A DNA stretch of 64,000 nt, from positions 25,495 to 89,494 of the forward strand of contig UQIS01000001.1 of NCBI GenBank assembly GCA_900541245.1. The letters run 5' to 3'. Source of the DNA: an uncultured Collinsella sp. (GTDB lineage: Bacteria > Actinomycetota > Coriobacteriia > Coriobacteriales > Coriobacteriaceae). Each line of letters starts with the position of its first letter. Positions within the stretch are counted from its first letter, which is position 1. Below, piece after piece: positions 55,380-64,000 of this stretch. The notes beneath the pieces are model-generated. The model was not told the origin of the DNA. It saw nothing but the letters and a program-made list of their open reading frames with translations, and searched no databases. A program made the translations under genes and the position numbers.

Positions 55380-57629
55380 ATGTCCAAGGGAGTCCACGTG
55401 GCACAGAACAAGCTGGAGGCAAGCCTCCAAGACCAGCGTAGTCAGAGCGGACATGGCGCCATCCCCCTCTCCGCTGGCATGCTGCTCGTAACGCTCGGCG
55501 TCGTCTACGGCGACATCGGCACGAGCCCCATGTACACCATGAAATCAATCGTCGCCAACAACGGCGGCATCGGTACCGTCAGCGAGGACATGATCTTAGG
55601 AGCGCTTTCGCTCGTCATCTGGACCATGACGCTCGTGACCACGGTCAAGTACGTGGTTATCGCCATGAAGGCCGATAACCACAACGAGGGCGGCATCTTC
55701 GCCCTGTTTAGCTTGGTGCGCAAAGTGGCGCCGTGGCTGATCCTTCCCGCCATGATCGGCGGCGCGGCGCTGCTCGCCGACGGCATCCTCACCCCCGCCG
55801 TCACGGTTACCACGGCCATCGAGGGCTTGCGCACTATCGAGTGGGGCCATGCGCTTTTGGGTGACGGCCAGACCAACGTCATCATCATCACCATCATCAT
55901 TATCTGCGGCCTGTTTGCCATGCAGCGCGCCGGCACCTCGTCGATCGGCAAGCTGTTCGGCCCGCTCATGACGCTGTGGTTCCTGTTCTTGGCTGGCGCC
56001 GGCCTGTTCAACATGCTCGGCAACCTGTCCATCCTACGCGCGCTCAACCCCATCCGCGGCATCATGTTCCTGTTCTCGCCCATCAACCACTCGGGCATCA
56101 TGGTGCTCGGCTTCGTCTTTCTGTCGACGACCGGCGCCGAGGCGCTCTATTCGGACATGGGTCACGTGGGCAAGGCTAACATTTACGCATCCTGGCCGTT
56201 CGTAAAGGCAGCCCTCATCCTTAACTATCTGGGTCAGGGCGCTTGGCTGCTCGCCAACAATTCCAATCCCCAGATGCTCGCGATGGATATCGTCAACCCG
56301 TTCTATATGATGCTCCCCGAGCCCCTGCGCCCCTTTGCCATCGTGCTTTCGGCCGTGGCGGCCATCATCGCCTCGCAGGCGCTCATCACCGGCTCGTTCT
56401 CGTTGGTTTCGGAGGCAACGCGCCTCAACCTTATGCCGCATCTGCGCATCCACTACCCCAGCGACACCAAGGGCCAACTCTATATTCCGCTCGTCAACAA
56501 CATCATGTGGGTCGGCTGTATCTTCATCGTGCTGCTGTTCCAAAACTCCGAGCGCATGGAGAGCGCCTACGGCCTCGCCATTACCGTGACCATGCTCATG
56601 ACCACGACGCTTTTGACGAGCTACATCGCCGGCATCCTCAAACACAAGCTGGGCGCCTGCGTCTTCGCCCTGCTCTTTGGCGCCATTGAGCTGTGCTTCT
56701 TCGCTTCGTGCCTCACCATGTTCTTTGACGGCGGCTACGTCATGATCTTCCTGGCCGCGCTGCTGTTTGGCCTTATGTACGTGTGGCGCCGCGGCACCGC
56801 CATCGAGCGCACGCAGACGATCCTGCTGCCCGTCTCCAAGTACATTGACCAGCTCGGCCGCCTGCGCAACGACGAGACCTACCCCGTGCTCGCCGACAAT
56901 CTGGTGTTCCTTACCAACAGTCCCGACCCGCTCACGCTCGACCGCGACGTGCTCTACTCCATCTTGGATAAGCATCCCAAGCGCGCCAAGGCATACTGGT
57001 TCATCAACGTGCATGTCACCGATGAGCCCTATACGCACGAGTATTCCGTCGAGACCTTTGGCACAGACTTCCTATTCCGCGTGCGCTTGGATCTGGGCTT
57101 TAAGGTCAATCAACGCATCAACGCCTACCTGCGCCAGATCGTTGGCGACCTGATGGCATCGGGTGAGTTGCCGCCGCAGCATCACACCTACTCCATCTAC
57201 GAGACACGCGGCAACGTGGGCGACTTCCGTTTTTGTATGCTGCGCAAGATGCTTGCCCCCGAAACGGACATCAACCGCAACGACCATCGCGTCATGGCCA
57301 TCAAGTACGCCGTCCGCCGCGCCTGCGGAAGCCCGGCACGTTGGTATGGTCTCGAGAACTCGGCCATCATCATTGAGTACGTACCGCTCTTTGCTCGCAT
57401 GCGCCCGGCCGTCAAACTTGTGCGCACCCAGGTGCCGCTCGAGATCCAGATTGAAGAGGCCGAGGAAATGGAAGTCGATATCTTCTCGGACGACTTGGTC
57501 AATGGCAACGAGGCCGGTAGGGACATGAACGTCGATCCCACCGAGCTGCTCGAGAGCGTCGCCGATACGCCCGAACAGCAACAGCTCGACGGCCTCGAGA
57601 GCGAACAGCTCAACGACGCCAACTTCTAG
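55380..57629 (+). CDS. kup: KUP/HAK/KT potassium uptake transporter
   Basis: VVYGDIGTSPMY signature. 12 TM segments plus a cytoplasmic C-terminal domain. An alternative GTG start at 55396 has a good RBS. Confidence 0.9.
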   Translation: MSKGVHVAQNKLEASLQDQRSQSGHGAIPLSAGMLLVTLGVVYGDIGTSPMYTMKSIVANNGGIGTVSEDMILGALSLVIWTMTLVTTVKYVVIAMKADNHNEGGIFALFSLVRKVAPWLILPAMIGGAALLADGILTPAVTVTTAIEGLRTIEWGHALLGDGQTNVIIITIIIICGLFAMQRAGTSSIGKLFGPLMTLWFLFLAGAGLFNMLGNLSILRALNPIRGIMFLFSPINHSGIMVLGFVFLSTTGAEALYSDMGHVGKANIYASWPFVKAALILNYLGQGAWLLANNSNPQMLAMDIVNPFYMMLPEPLRPFAIVLSAVAAIIASQALITGSFSLVSEATRLNLMPHLRIHYPSDTKGQLYIPLVNNIMWVGCIFIVLLFQNSERMESAYGLAITVTMLMTTTLLTSYIAGILKHKLGACVFALLFGAIELCFFASCLTMFFDGGYVMIFLAALLFGLMYVWRRGTAIERTQTILLPVSKYIDQLGRLRNDETYPVLADNLVFLTNSPDPLTLDRDVLYSILDKHPKRAKAYWFINVHVTDEPYTHEYSVETFGTDFLFRVRLDLGFKVNQRINAYLRQIVGDLMASGELPPQHHTYSIYETRGNVGDFRFCMLRKMLAPETDINRNDHRVMAIKYAVRRACGSPARWYGLENSAIIIEYVPLFARMRPAVKLVRTQVPLEIQIEEAEEMEVDIFSDDLVNGNEAGRDMNVDPTELLESVADTPEQQQLDGLESEQLNDANF

Positions 57630-57708
57630 CGCCGTCACCCATCGACGATAGCGGCCCTGCACCTCGCGAGAGATGCAGGGCCGTCTTGTATTGCAGTAAA
57701 GCTAGCGG

Positions 57709-58674
57709 CTACGAACGACGCGGCTCGGGAACCACGAGTCTATCGGGGCTCGCGCCCTCGGCATCCGTCAGGCTCACGTAGCGAATCGACGGATCCCCAT
57801 ACATCGCGTAGTAATAATTGCCCGTGCGCGCGCTAAAGCATCCGGTATAGATAGTCTTCTCGAACTTGCCATCGCCCATCCTGGACGCCCCCTCAATCAT
57901 CACCACGCCCTCGAGTGAACGGAACATGCGGACGACGTTTTCGGTCTCGCTCTCCTTTTGCGGGTAATTGGCATTGAGGTACGCCGCCTTTACAAAACGG
58001 CTCGGCGAATAGCAGTCACCCGGAATACCGCGCATGCCGGCACCCGCACCATAGGGCTTGAGCTCGGCGCCACGCCATGTCGCCGTCTGCGGAAAATCGC
58101 TTGTGGCCGTGATATAGGTGCGCAGGTTTTCCATGTGCCACGGGAAGGTGGGCTGATTGGCAAGGGTGTCGACCGGATCGTCGTATACATGCAGGCCGTC
58201 AGCCATCATCTCGACCACGATGCTACGCTGGCTGTCGCCGATAATCCAATGGAGCAGCGACACGCCCAGCCCCTCTCCGGCAGATTTGGCGACAATCACC
58301 GTGTCGTGCAGCGCAGCCTCGACCTCATCGACCGTCGAGAACGTCGCTGCCACCCACAGGGGAAACTCATAGGCCGCGATATTGGTCTTGCCATCAACCG
58401 GGCCCTCGGCATACTCGGCATAGCCGGGAAAGTTGAGCCCTGCCACAGCCAGACCCGCATCGTTGCCGCAGTCGAAGAACATAGGGTAGTTCTTGTAATC
58501 GATGCACATACCGATCACCGCGTGTGCCGCTGTTGCGTCGTCGATAAACGAATACGGAATGTGAAACCCGCGCGGCATCACGCGAACCTGTTGGCCGTAG
58601 TCAAAGCTCCAGTCGAGGTTGCGGCCTAGATACATGTGGCCGGAATTATCGGTAAATCGAATGCTCGTACACAT
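57709..58674 (-). CDS. choloylglycine hydrolase family (bile salt hydrolase / penicillin V acylase-like) Ntn-hydrolase
   Basis: An internal ATG with GGGAGG RBS gives MCTSIRF... (Cys2 nucleophile). Typical linear amide C-N hydrolase length. Confidence 0.8.
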   Translation of the reverse strand: MCTSIRFTDNSGHMYLGRNLDWSFDYGQQVRVMPRGFHIPYSFIDDATAAHAVIGMCIDYKNYPMFFDCGNDAGLAVAGLNFPGYAEYAEGPVDGKTNIAAYEFPLWVAATFSTVDEVEAALHDTVIVAKSAGEGLGVSLLHWIIGDSQRSIVVEMMADGLHVYDDPVDTLANQPTFPWHMENLRTYITATSDFPQTATWRGAELKPYGAGAGMRGIPGDCYSPSRFVKAAYLNANYPQKESETENVVRMFRSLEGVVMIEGASRMGDGKFEKTIYTGCFSARTGNYYYAMYGDPSIRYVSLTDAEGASPDRLVVPEPRRS

Positions 58675-58918
58675 AGCGCCTCCCAGCTTTACGTTCTTGC
58701 TAAGGTTATTGTCACCAAACAAAGAGGCGCTAAACACAAAAGCCCGGACATGACAACAATGTCACGCCCGGACTATTCAAGCAGGATAAACTCAGTCAAG
58801 TTAACCCCGCAGGTCGTCTAAGGGGTCAAAGTGCCGCAGATTGCCACGAAAGAGGAGCGAAGCGTACTTAAGGTACGCGAGCGACGATTGAGCGGCAAGG
58901 TGCGGTGCTTTGGTCCCC

Positions 58919-59350
58919 TTAGACCAACTTTCCTAGACAGTGGTCAATCATGTGTTGAATCATCTGCGCCTCGAAGCCCACAAAGTCCTGCTTGCGCTCG
59001 CGCATCTTGCCGTCGACGATCTGGTCAAAGGCAACCTTGCACTTGATGTAGCGCGTGGACTTGGTGACCTCCTCGTGCGTCAGGCAGCTCTCCTCCATCT
59101 TGCTGGCGCCCAGACCAAACACCAGACGGGGGTTGTAGAGCACATGGGGCTCGCCGGCATCGTCCAGGTAGACGCAGACCTTCTTGGTGACGCCAATCTG
59201 GTTGGCGGCAAGGCAGCCGGCATCGTCGAGCGACTTAATGGTATCGATCAGGTCCTGAGCAACCGACTCGTCCTCGACGGTCGCAACCTCGCAACGCTGG
59301 GACAGGATAGCCTCGTCGTGGCAAAGCTCTTTAATCATACGTTCCTCCAT
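58919..59350 (-). CDS. def: peptide deformylase (short form, 143 aa)
   Basis: Motifs GCLAANQIG, EESCLT, QHMIDHCLG. Confidence 0.65.
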   Translation of the reverse strand: MEERMIKELCHDEAILSQRCEVATVEDESVAQDLIDTIKSLDDAGCLAANQIGVTKKVCVYLDDAGEPHVLYNPRLVFGLGASKMEESCLTHEEVTKSTRYIKCKVAFDQIVDGKMRERKQDFVGFEAQMIQHMIDHCLGKLV

Positions 59351-59531
59351 AGGGGTCGTTGTAACCGCTTAAGTATACGGTACCCACACATTTTCATGCG
59401 AAAAATACCGTCCGTCTGCTACAAAGCGCCGAACATCAACATGCGAGGAACAACAGCGTCGTAAAGGGGCTATAGTGAGAACGTTCGTGTCAATCGGCCT
59501 AAACTCGGGGCCGAACAAGGAAAGGGTATGC

Positions 59532-60845
59532 ATGGACGAACTTTTTCACGTCAGTGAGCGCAAGTCCACAATCGGGACCGAACTTCGCGCTGGACTGACA
59601 ACGTTCCTGGCAATGGCCTACATCATTGCCGTCAACCCCGCGGTGCTCTCGGGCGCCGGCATCGATGCGGGAGCGCTCGCCTGCGCCACCTGCCTGGGCG
59701 CCGGCATCATGACCATCTGCATGGGTATCTTCGCCAACCGCCCGCTCGCCTGCGCGTCGGGCCTGGGCATCAACGCCATGATCGCGGGCATCGCCACCAC
59801 CATGTGCGGCGGCGACTGGCACGTTGCCATGAGCGTTATCTTCCTCGAGGGTATCGTCATCTTGCTGCTCGTCCTGTGCGGCCTGCGCGAGGCCATTATG
59901 GACGCCATCCCCGTGGTCCTGCGCCACGCCATCTCGGTTGGCTTGGGCCTGTTCATCGCCATGATCGGCCTGTGCGACGCCGGCATCATCACCGCTGGCG
60001 CCGGTACGCTCGTCGGCCTGGGCGACATCGCCTCCCCCACCTTTATCGTCGGCATCATCTCCATCATCGTGACGGTTGCCCTGGCTTCCCGCAACGTGCC
60101 GGGCTCGCTGCTCATCGGCATCATCGTCGCCGTTATCGCCGGTATCCCGCTGGGCGTCACCCATGCGCCCGAGGGTCTCATCGCACCGCTCGACTTCTCG
60201 ACCTTTGGCGCCCCGTTTGCCAGCACCGCTGATGGCAACATGGCCATCGTGAAGGTTCTGACCGACCCGATGCTGCTCGTCGTTGCCTTCTCGCTGCTCA
60301 TGAGCGACTTCTTCGACACCATGGGCACCGCGATGGCCGTCGCCAAGCAGGGCGAGTTCTTGACCGAGGACGGCAATGTCGAGGACATCCGCCCCATCCT
60401 GGTCGTCGACTCCGTGGCCGCTGCTGCCGGTGGCTTTATGGGCGTCTCCTCCATCACCACCTTCATCGAGTCCACCTCTGGCGCTGCCGACGGTGGCCGC
60501 ACGGGCCTCACCTCCGTCACCACCGGCGTGCTGTTCATTCTCGCCGCGTTCTTCTCCCCCATCGTCACCATCGTTTCCAGTGCCGCCACCTGCGGTGCTC
60601 TGGTCTACGTCGGCTACCTCATGATGAGCGAGGCCTCCGAGATCGACTGGTCCGACGTGTCGCAGGGTTTCCCGGCGTTCATGATTGTCGCCGGCGTGCC
60701 CTTCACCTACTCCATCTCTGCCGGAATCGGCCTGGGCTTTATCGCCTACGTGATCGTCGCGCTCTTTAAGGGCGAGGCCTCCAAGATCAAGCCGCTCATG
60801 TGGATCGCAGCCCTTGCCTTCCTCGTCTACTTCTTTGTAGCGTAG
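59532..60845 (+). CDS. NCS2-family nucleobase permease (AzgA/PbuG-like purine permease)
   Basis: ATG with AAGGAAAGGG RBS. N-terminus MDELFHVSERKSTIGTELRAGLTTFLAMAYIIAVNP is typical of AzgA-like permeases. Confidence 0.8.
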   Translation: MDELFHVSERKSTIGTELRAGLTTFLAMAYIIAVNPAVLSGAGIDAGALACATCLGAGIMTICMGIFANRPLACASGLGINAMIAGIATTMCGGDWHVAMSVIFLEGIVILLLVLCGLREAIMDAIPVVLRHAISVGLGLFIAMIGLCDAGIITAGAGTLVGLGDIASPTFIVGIISIIVTVALASRNVPGSLLIGIIVAVIAGIPLGVTHAPEGLIAPLDFSTFGAPFASTADGNMAIVKVLTDPMLLVVAFSLLMSDFFDTMGTAMAVAKQGEFLTEDGNVEDIRPILVVDSVAAAAGGFMGVSSITTFIESTSGAADGGRTGLTSVTTGVLFILAAFFSPIVTIVSSAATCGALVYVGYLMMSEASEIDWSDVSQGFPAFMIVAGVPFTYSISAGIGLGFIAYVIVALFKGEASKIKPLMWIAALAFLVYFFVA

Positions 60846-60873
60846 CGGCAAAGCTGCCAAAGCAGAACACCAA

Positions 60874-60911
60874 AGCGCGGAGTCGCATCGAGCGGCTCCG
60901 CGCTTTTCTTT
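60874..60911 (+). terminator. rho-independent terminator after the permease gene; duplicated at 62916-62951
   Basis: GCGCGGAG...CTCCGCGC followed by TTTTCTTTT. Confidence 0.55.
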
Positions 60912-61052
60912 TAAAGCCAGGCAACGCACGGACGCGCGATGTATTGCTTCCCAAGTTTTGGACATTTTGCCCTCCAAACGGCACTACCGCCGGCTTCATC
61001 CTGCAGATATGCTGGGCGTAATCGCATAGGCCCTATGAGAACGGGAGCAACC

Positions 61053-62819
61053 ATGGCAGCCTTGTTCACGACCCCCAAGCGCAATGACAAAACCTCTGGA
61101 GCCCATTTTGTCGAGCCCGACGTGCGCCGTCGCACGCTGCTCGCACACGGCAGCTGGCGCCGCGTGACGCGCCGCATCGTCTGCGGCCTGGCCTGCGCGC
61201 GCACGGTGAGCTCGCTGCTCATGCCGAGCGTCTCGTTCGCGGCCGAGTGGGTCAACGTCGGCGGCACTCAGTACAACACTGCAGCAGGCGACGAGGCCGG
61301 CACCTGGGCCTGGGACGGCGCCGACAATATGAAGCTCAACGGCTATAACGGCGGCGCGATCGAGGCAGCGGGCAAGCTCAACGTGAGCTACGAGGGCGAC
61401 AACATCGTCACTAACGGCGACGGCCGCGGCATCAAGGTTAAGGATGGCGCGAACGAGAACGCCGAGCTTAATATTCAGGGCGACGCGTCCAGCACGCTCA
61501 ACGTGACATCTTCTCGTGACGCCATCACTTCCGTCGGCAGCATCAACATCGACGGCGCTGGCACTGTCAACGCCACGAGCACCGAGCACGATGCCATCGA
61601 TGCCGGGGGCGATGTCACCATCAAGGGCTCGGGAAACGTTAACCCCACGGGCGATTCGGATGGAATCAGGGCAGACGGCAACATAACGATCGACAACAGC
61701 GGAACCGTCACCGCCAAGGCCACCGAGGATCAGGGTATCGATGCTAACGAGAACCTCATCATAAAGGGCGGCGGCAAGGTAGAGGCAAGCTCTATCAAAG
61801 ACAATGCGATTTGGGCCGACGGCAACATCGAGATCTCGGGTGGCAGCCAGGTCAAGGCAAGCTCCGAGGAAGACGCCGCCATCGACGGTAAAAACAGCCT
61901 CACGGTCACGAACGCTTCCCTCAACGCAAGTGGCGTTGGGTATGGCATCTATGTCTACAAGGGCATCACGTTCGATGGCGCAACCGTAACGGTCCGTGCA
62001 AGTGCAGGGAACGATGAAGCCAGCGCCCTCTTCACCGACGAGGACGACATCGTCATCAAGAACGGCTCGATCGTGGACGCGTTCGCAGAAGGCCAGTTCT
62101 CGACCGCAATCTCCACCAGAAACTACTACCCCAACGAAGCGGGTGGTCACATCTACATTAGTGACTCCGTTGTCAAGGCTATAGCCCGCTATGTCGAGTC
62201 CGGTAGCGACGGCCCCGATCACTACAGCAACAACCAAAGCGGCGCGGTCATTCCCGAGCATAGGGGCGTGAACATCGGCATCTTTGCCCGGACCAAGGAG
62301 GGCATCACGCCCGCGACCATCTCGATTGTCCGCAGTAAGGTCACAGCTGAGGGAGACACGGCGGCAATCTTCGCCCTTGCCGTGAGCGCGGACGGCGAGA
62401 CAATCGGCACCATCGAGATCGAAGGCGCTCCCATCCAGACGCCCACAGGCGGCAAGATCATTGGCTATCGCAACAAGGAAGAACTCGATGACGGCATCTT
62501 CTACGTGGTGGGTCAAACCATCGGCACGGGCGACGCTGTGATCGACTCCCCCTATAACGAAGCTGTCGCCAAGAGCACGGTCATCGCGCCTCCCGAGGAG
62601 ATCAAACCCGAGGAGAAGTCAGGCGAGACCAAACCCGAGGGTTCCAAGTCCGAGGGCACGAAGACGACCAAGACCGTTGCAGTTGCAGCCACGGGAGCCA
62701 AGATCGCCGGCAAACTCGCAGCAACCGGCGACGCCTCGAGCGCAGCCATCGTGGCAGCCGCCCTTGCGGGAACAGTTGCCATCGCCGCGGGCGCCGTGGT
62801 GAGCCGCAAGCGCTCGTAA
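61053..62819 (+). CDS. cell-wall-anchored surface protein with beta-helix-like repeats and LAATG sorting signal
   Basis: GGGAG RBS. Long signal peptide. Repeated about 20-aa units (GDxxIxGSGNV, DGNITIDNSGTV and so on). The C-terminus has a Lys/Glu/Pro-rich linker, then LAATGD, a hydrophobic segment and SRKRS. Confidence 0.65.
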   Translation: MAALFTTPKRNDKTSGAHFVEPDVRRRTLLAHGSWRRVTRRIVCGLACARTVSSLLMPSVSFAAEWVNVGGTQYNTAAGDEAGTWAWDGADNMKLNGYNGGAIEAAGKLNVSYEGDNIVTNGDGRGIKVKDGANENAELNIQGDASSTLNVTSSRDAITSVGSINIDGAGTVNATSTEHDAIDAGGDVTIKGSGNVNPTGDSDGIRADGNITIDNSGTVTAKATEDQGIDANENLIIKGGGKVEASSIKDNAIWADGNIEISGGSQVKASSEEDAAIDGKNSLTVTNASLNASGVGYGIYVYKGITFDGATVTVRASAGNDEASALFTDEDDIVIKNGSIVDAFAEGQFSTAISTRNYYPNEAGGHIYISDSVVKAIARYVESGSDGPDHYSNNQSGAVIPEHRGVNIGIFARTKEGITPATISIVRSKVTAEGDTAAIFALAVSADGETIGTIEIEGAPIQTPTGGKIIGYRNKEELDDGIFYVVGQTIGTGDAVIDSPYNEAVAKSTVIAPPEEIKPEEKSGETKPEGSKSEGTKTTKTVAVAATGAKIAGKLAATGDASSAAIVAAALAGTVAIAAGAVVSRKRS

Positions 62820-63090
62820 ACACTTTTTCGCACGGGACGGGTGGATCGCGGCCCTTGCCTTCCTCGTCTACTTCTTCGTAGCGTAAGGGCAAGGCTGCAA
62901 AAGCTGAACAATAAAGCGCGGAGTCGCCATGCGGCCCCGCGCTTTTCTTTTAGCGCTGGTCCCTGCGCCGGCGTGCGGCCTATTTCTCCCCAATTTTGGC
63001 CATTTTGCCCTCCAAACGGCACTACCGCCGGCAACATCCAGCAGATACGCTGAATCTAGTCGTATAGGCCCTATGAGAACGGGAGCAACC

Positions 63091-64000
63091 ATGGCAGCCT
63101 TGTTCACGACCCCCAAACGCAATGACACTACCGCCGGAACCCATGTTGCCGAACCCGACGTTCGCCATCGCATAGGACTCGCGCACGGCAGCTGGCGCCG
63201 CGTGACGCGCCGCATCGTCGCGGGCGCCGTGTGCGCGCTCACGGTGAGCTCGCTGCTCATGCCGAGCGTCTCGCTCGCAGCGGAATGGGTCAAGGTCGGC
63301 GGCAACAAGTACAACACCGCGGCGAGCGACGAGGCCGGTACCTGGTCGTGGGACGGCGCCGACGACTTGAAGCTCAACAACTATAACGGCGGCGAGATCC
63401 AGGCCGCAGGCAAGCTCAACGTGAATTACTCGGGAACCAACATCGTCACTGCCGAATGGATCGAAAGCATCAACGTTTCTCATGGCACTAACGAGAATGC
63501 CGAGCTCAATATCCAAGGCGACGAGGGCGGCACGCTCAGCGTGACATCTACTGAGGATGCTATCCTCTCCACGGGTAATATCAACATCGACGGAGCCGGA
63601 TCCGTCAACGCCACGAGCACTGGGTTTGATGCCATCAATGCCGGAGGTGATCTCGCTATCAAAGGTTCGGGCAACGTCAACGCCACGGGTGCATCGGATG
63701 GCATCAGGGCAAACGGCAATATCACGATTGACGACAGCGGAGCCGTCACCGCCAGGGCTACCAAGGACAAGGGTATTGGAGCCGACAAGAACCTCACCAT
63801 CAAGGGTGGCGGGACGGTCGAGGCAAGCTCAGCCGATGGTGAGGCCCTTTGGAGCGGCGGCAATATCAACATCTCGGACGGCAGCCAGGTCAAGGCAAGC
63901 TCCGAGAAAGACGCTGCCGTCGAGGCCAAGGGCAGCCTCGCAGCCACAAACGCCTCCCTCAACGTAAACGGTGTTGAATATGGCGTCTATGCCCACAAGG
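63091..64000 (+). CDS. paralogous surface protein (copy 2), 3' end outside the window
   Basis: Same leader and RBS as the gene at 61053. The N-terminal 300 aa are closely similar (MAALFTTPKRND...AEWVKVGGNKYNTAASDEAGTWSWDGAD...). Not in the ORF track because there is no stop within the window. Confidence 0.6.
   Translation, partial: MAALFTTPKRNDTTAGTHVAEPDVRHRIGLAHGSWRRVTRRIVAGAVCALTVSSLLMPSVSLAAEWVKVGGNKYNTAASDEAGTWSWDGADDLKLNNYNGGEIQAAGKLNVNYSGTNIVTAEWIESINVSHGTNENAELNIQGDEGGTLSVTSTEDAILSTGNINIDGAGSVNATSTGFDAINAGGDLAIKGSGNVNATGASDGIRANGNITIDDSGAVTARATKDKGIGADKNLTIKGGGTVEASSADGEALWSGGNINISDGSQVKASSEKDAAVEAKGSLAATNASLNVNGVEYGVYAHK

Larger units (their letters stand above)
60801..62841. repeat. 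about 2.04 kb tandem duplication unit (copy A); copy B starts at 62842 and runs past the window end
   Basis: Both copies begin with a 45-nt fragment from the permease gene's 3' end (GGATCGC(A/G)GCCCTTGCCTTCCTCGTCTACTTCTT(T/C)GTAGCGTA(G/A)). Then the terminator, a conserved leader (TTTTGCCCTCCAAACGGCACTACCGCCGGC...ATAGGCCCTATGAGAACGGGAGCAACCATGGCAGCCTTGTTCACGACCCCCAA) and a paralogous adhesin gene. Confidence 0.7.

Noticed and set aside
58738-58918. tRNA or other structured RNA in the longer intergenic gaps (for example 58738-58918, 10772-11116, 33009-33272)
   Set aside because: I found no cloverleaf-compatible acceptor/T-arm arrangement (GTTC-purine-A-NNC) or CCA-adjacent stems by eye. Without a tRNA or rRNA scan I cannot support any RNA gene call.
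59351-59531. Possible purine riboswitch upstream of the NCS2 purine permease
   Set aside because: I looked for the conserved purine-riboswitch junction sequences (UAUA...GGAUAUGG...UUUCUACC...CCGUAAAU...GACUAUG). Only a loose CGUAAAGG / GGCUAUAG resemblance is present, without the P1-P2-P3 architecture. Not supported.
60996-62516. 506-aa minus-strand ORF, plus other long antisense ORFs such as 21396-23828 (+), 19029-20018 (-), 28491-29291 (-), 9290-10792 (+), 17281-18120 (-), 33686-34999 (+), 25683-26483 (-) and 63022-63962 (-)
   Set aside because: Each lies entirely antisense to, or out of frame with, a gene that has clear family motifs and an RBS. Their translations are Arg/Ala/Gly/His-rich low-complexity sequences, typical of open non-coding frames in high-GC DNA.

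Overview
This 64 kb window is high-GC and densely coding, probably chromosomal DNA from an anaerobic gut Actinobacterium (Coriobacteriia-like). That guess is supported by a PdxR-PdxS-PdxT locus, an EtfAB-linked FAD oxidase, reverse rubrerythrin, Fe-ADH/ALDH, a choloylglycine (bile-salt) hydrolase, Kup and short peptide deformylases. Most of the window is housekeeping, transport or metabolism. Several accessory islands stand out.

(1) A translationally coupled three-gene cassette (TerB-like protein, P-loop ATPase, Lhr-like DExH helicase) matches the Shango phage-defence architecture (SngA/B/C).

(2) A minus-strand operon encodes a standalone HIRAN protein, a tiny acidic/basic protein and a calcineurin-like metallophosphoesterase. 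It sits next to a Zn-ribbon/coiled-coil DUF2130 protein whose C-terminus carries a PD-(D/E)xK-like motif. This is a candidate uncharacterised DNA-end processing or defence module.

(3) A Csc/WxL-like cell-surface cluster includes a roughly 100-aa protein ending in an LAQTG sorting signal.

(4) A 2.04 kb tandem duplication carries paralogous beta-helix-like surface adhesins ending in LAATG. The LAxTG motifs suggest class E sortase substrates.

(5) A 123 bp MITE-like element with 18-22 bp terminal inverted repeats occurs three times. Two copies flank a low-GC DUF559 endonuclease-like gene, and both contribute stop codons to adjacent genes.

(6) An XRE-HTH domain is fused in frame to an AlaA-like aminotransferase, with operator-like repeats upstream.

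No rRNA, tRNA, CRISPR array, integrase or transposase was recognised. Many long ORFs in the six-frame track are antisense or out-of-frame artefacts of the high GC content and were not called. Several ORF-track starts were moved to internal start codons preceded by clear Shine-Dalgarno sequences.
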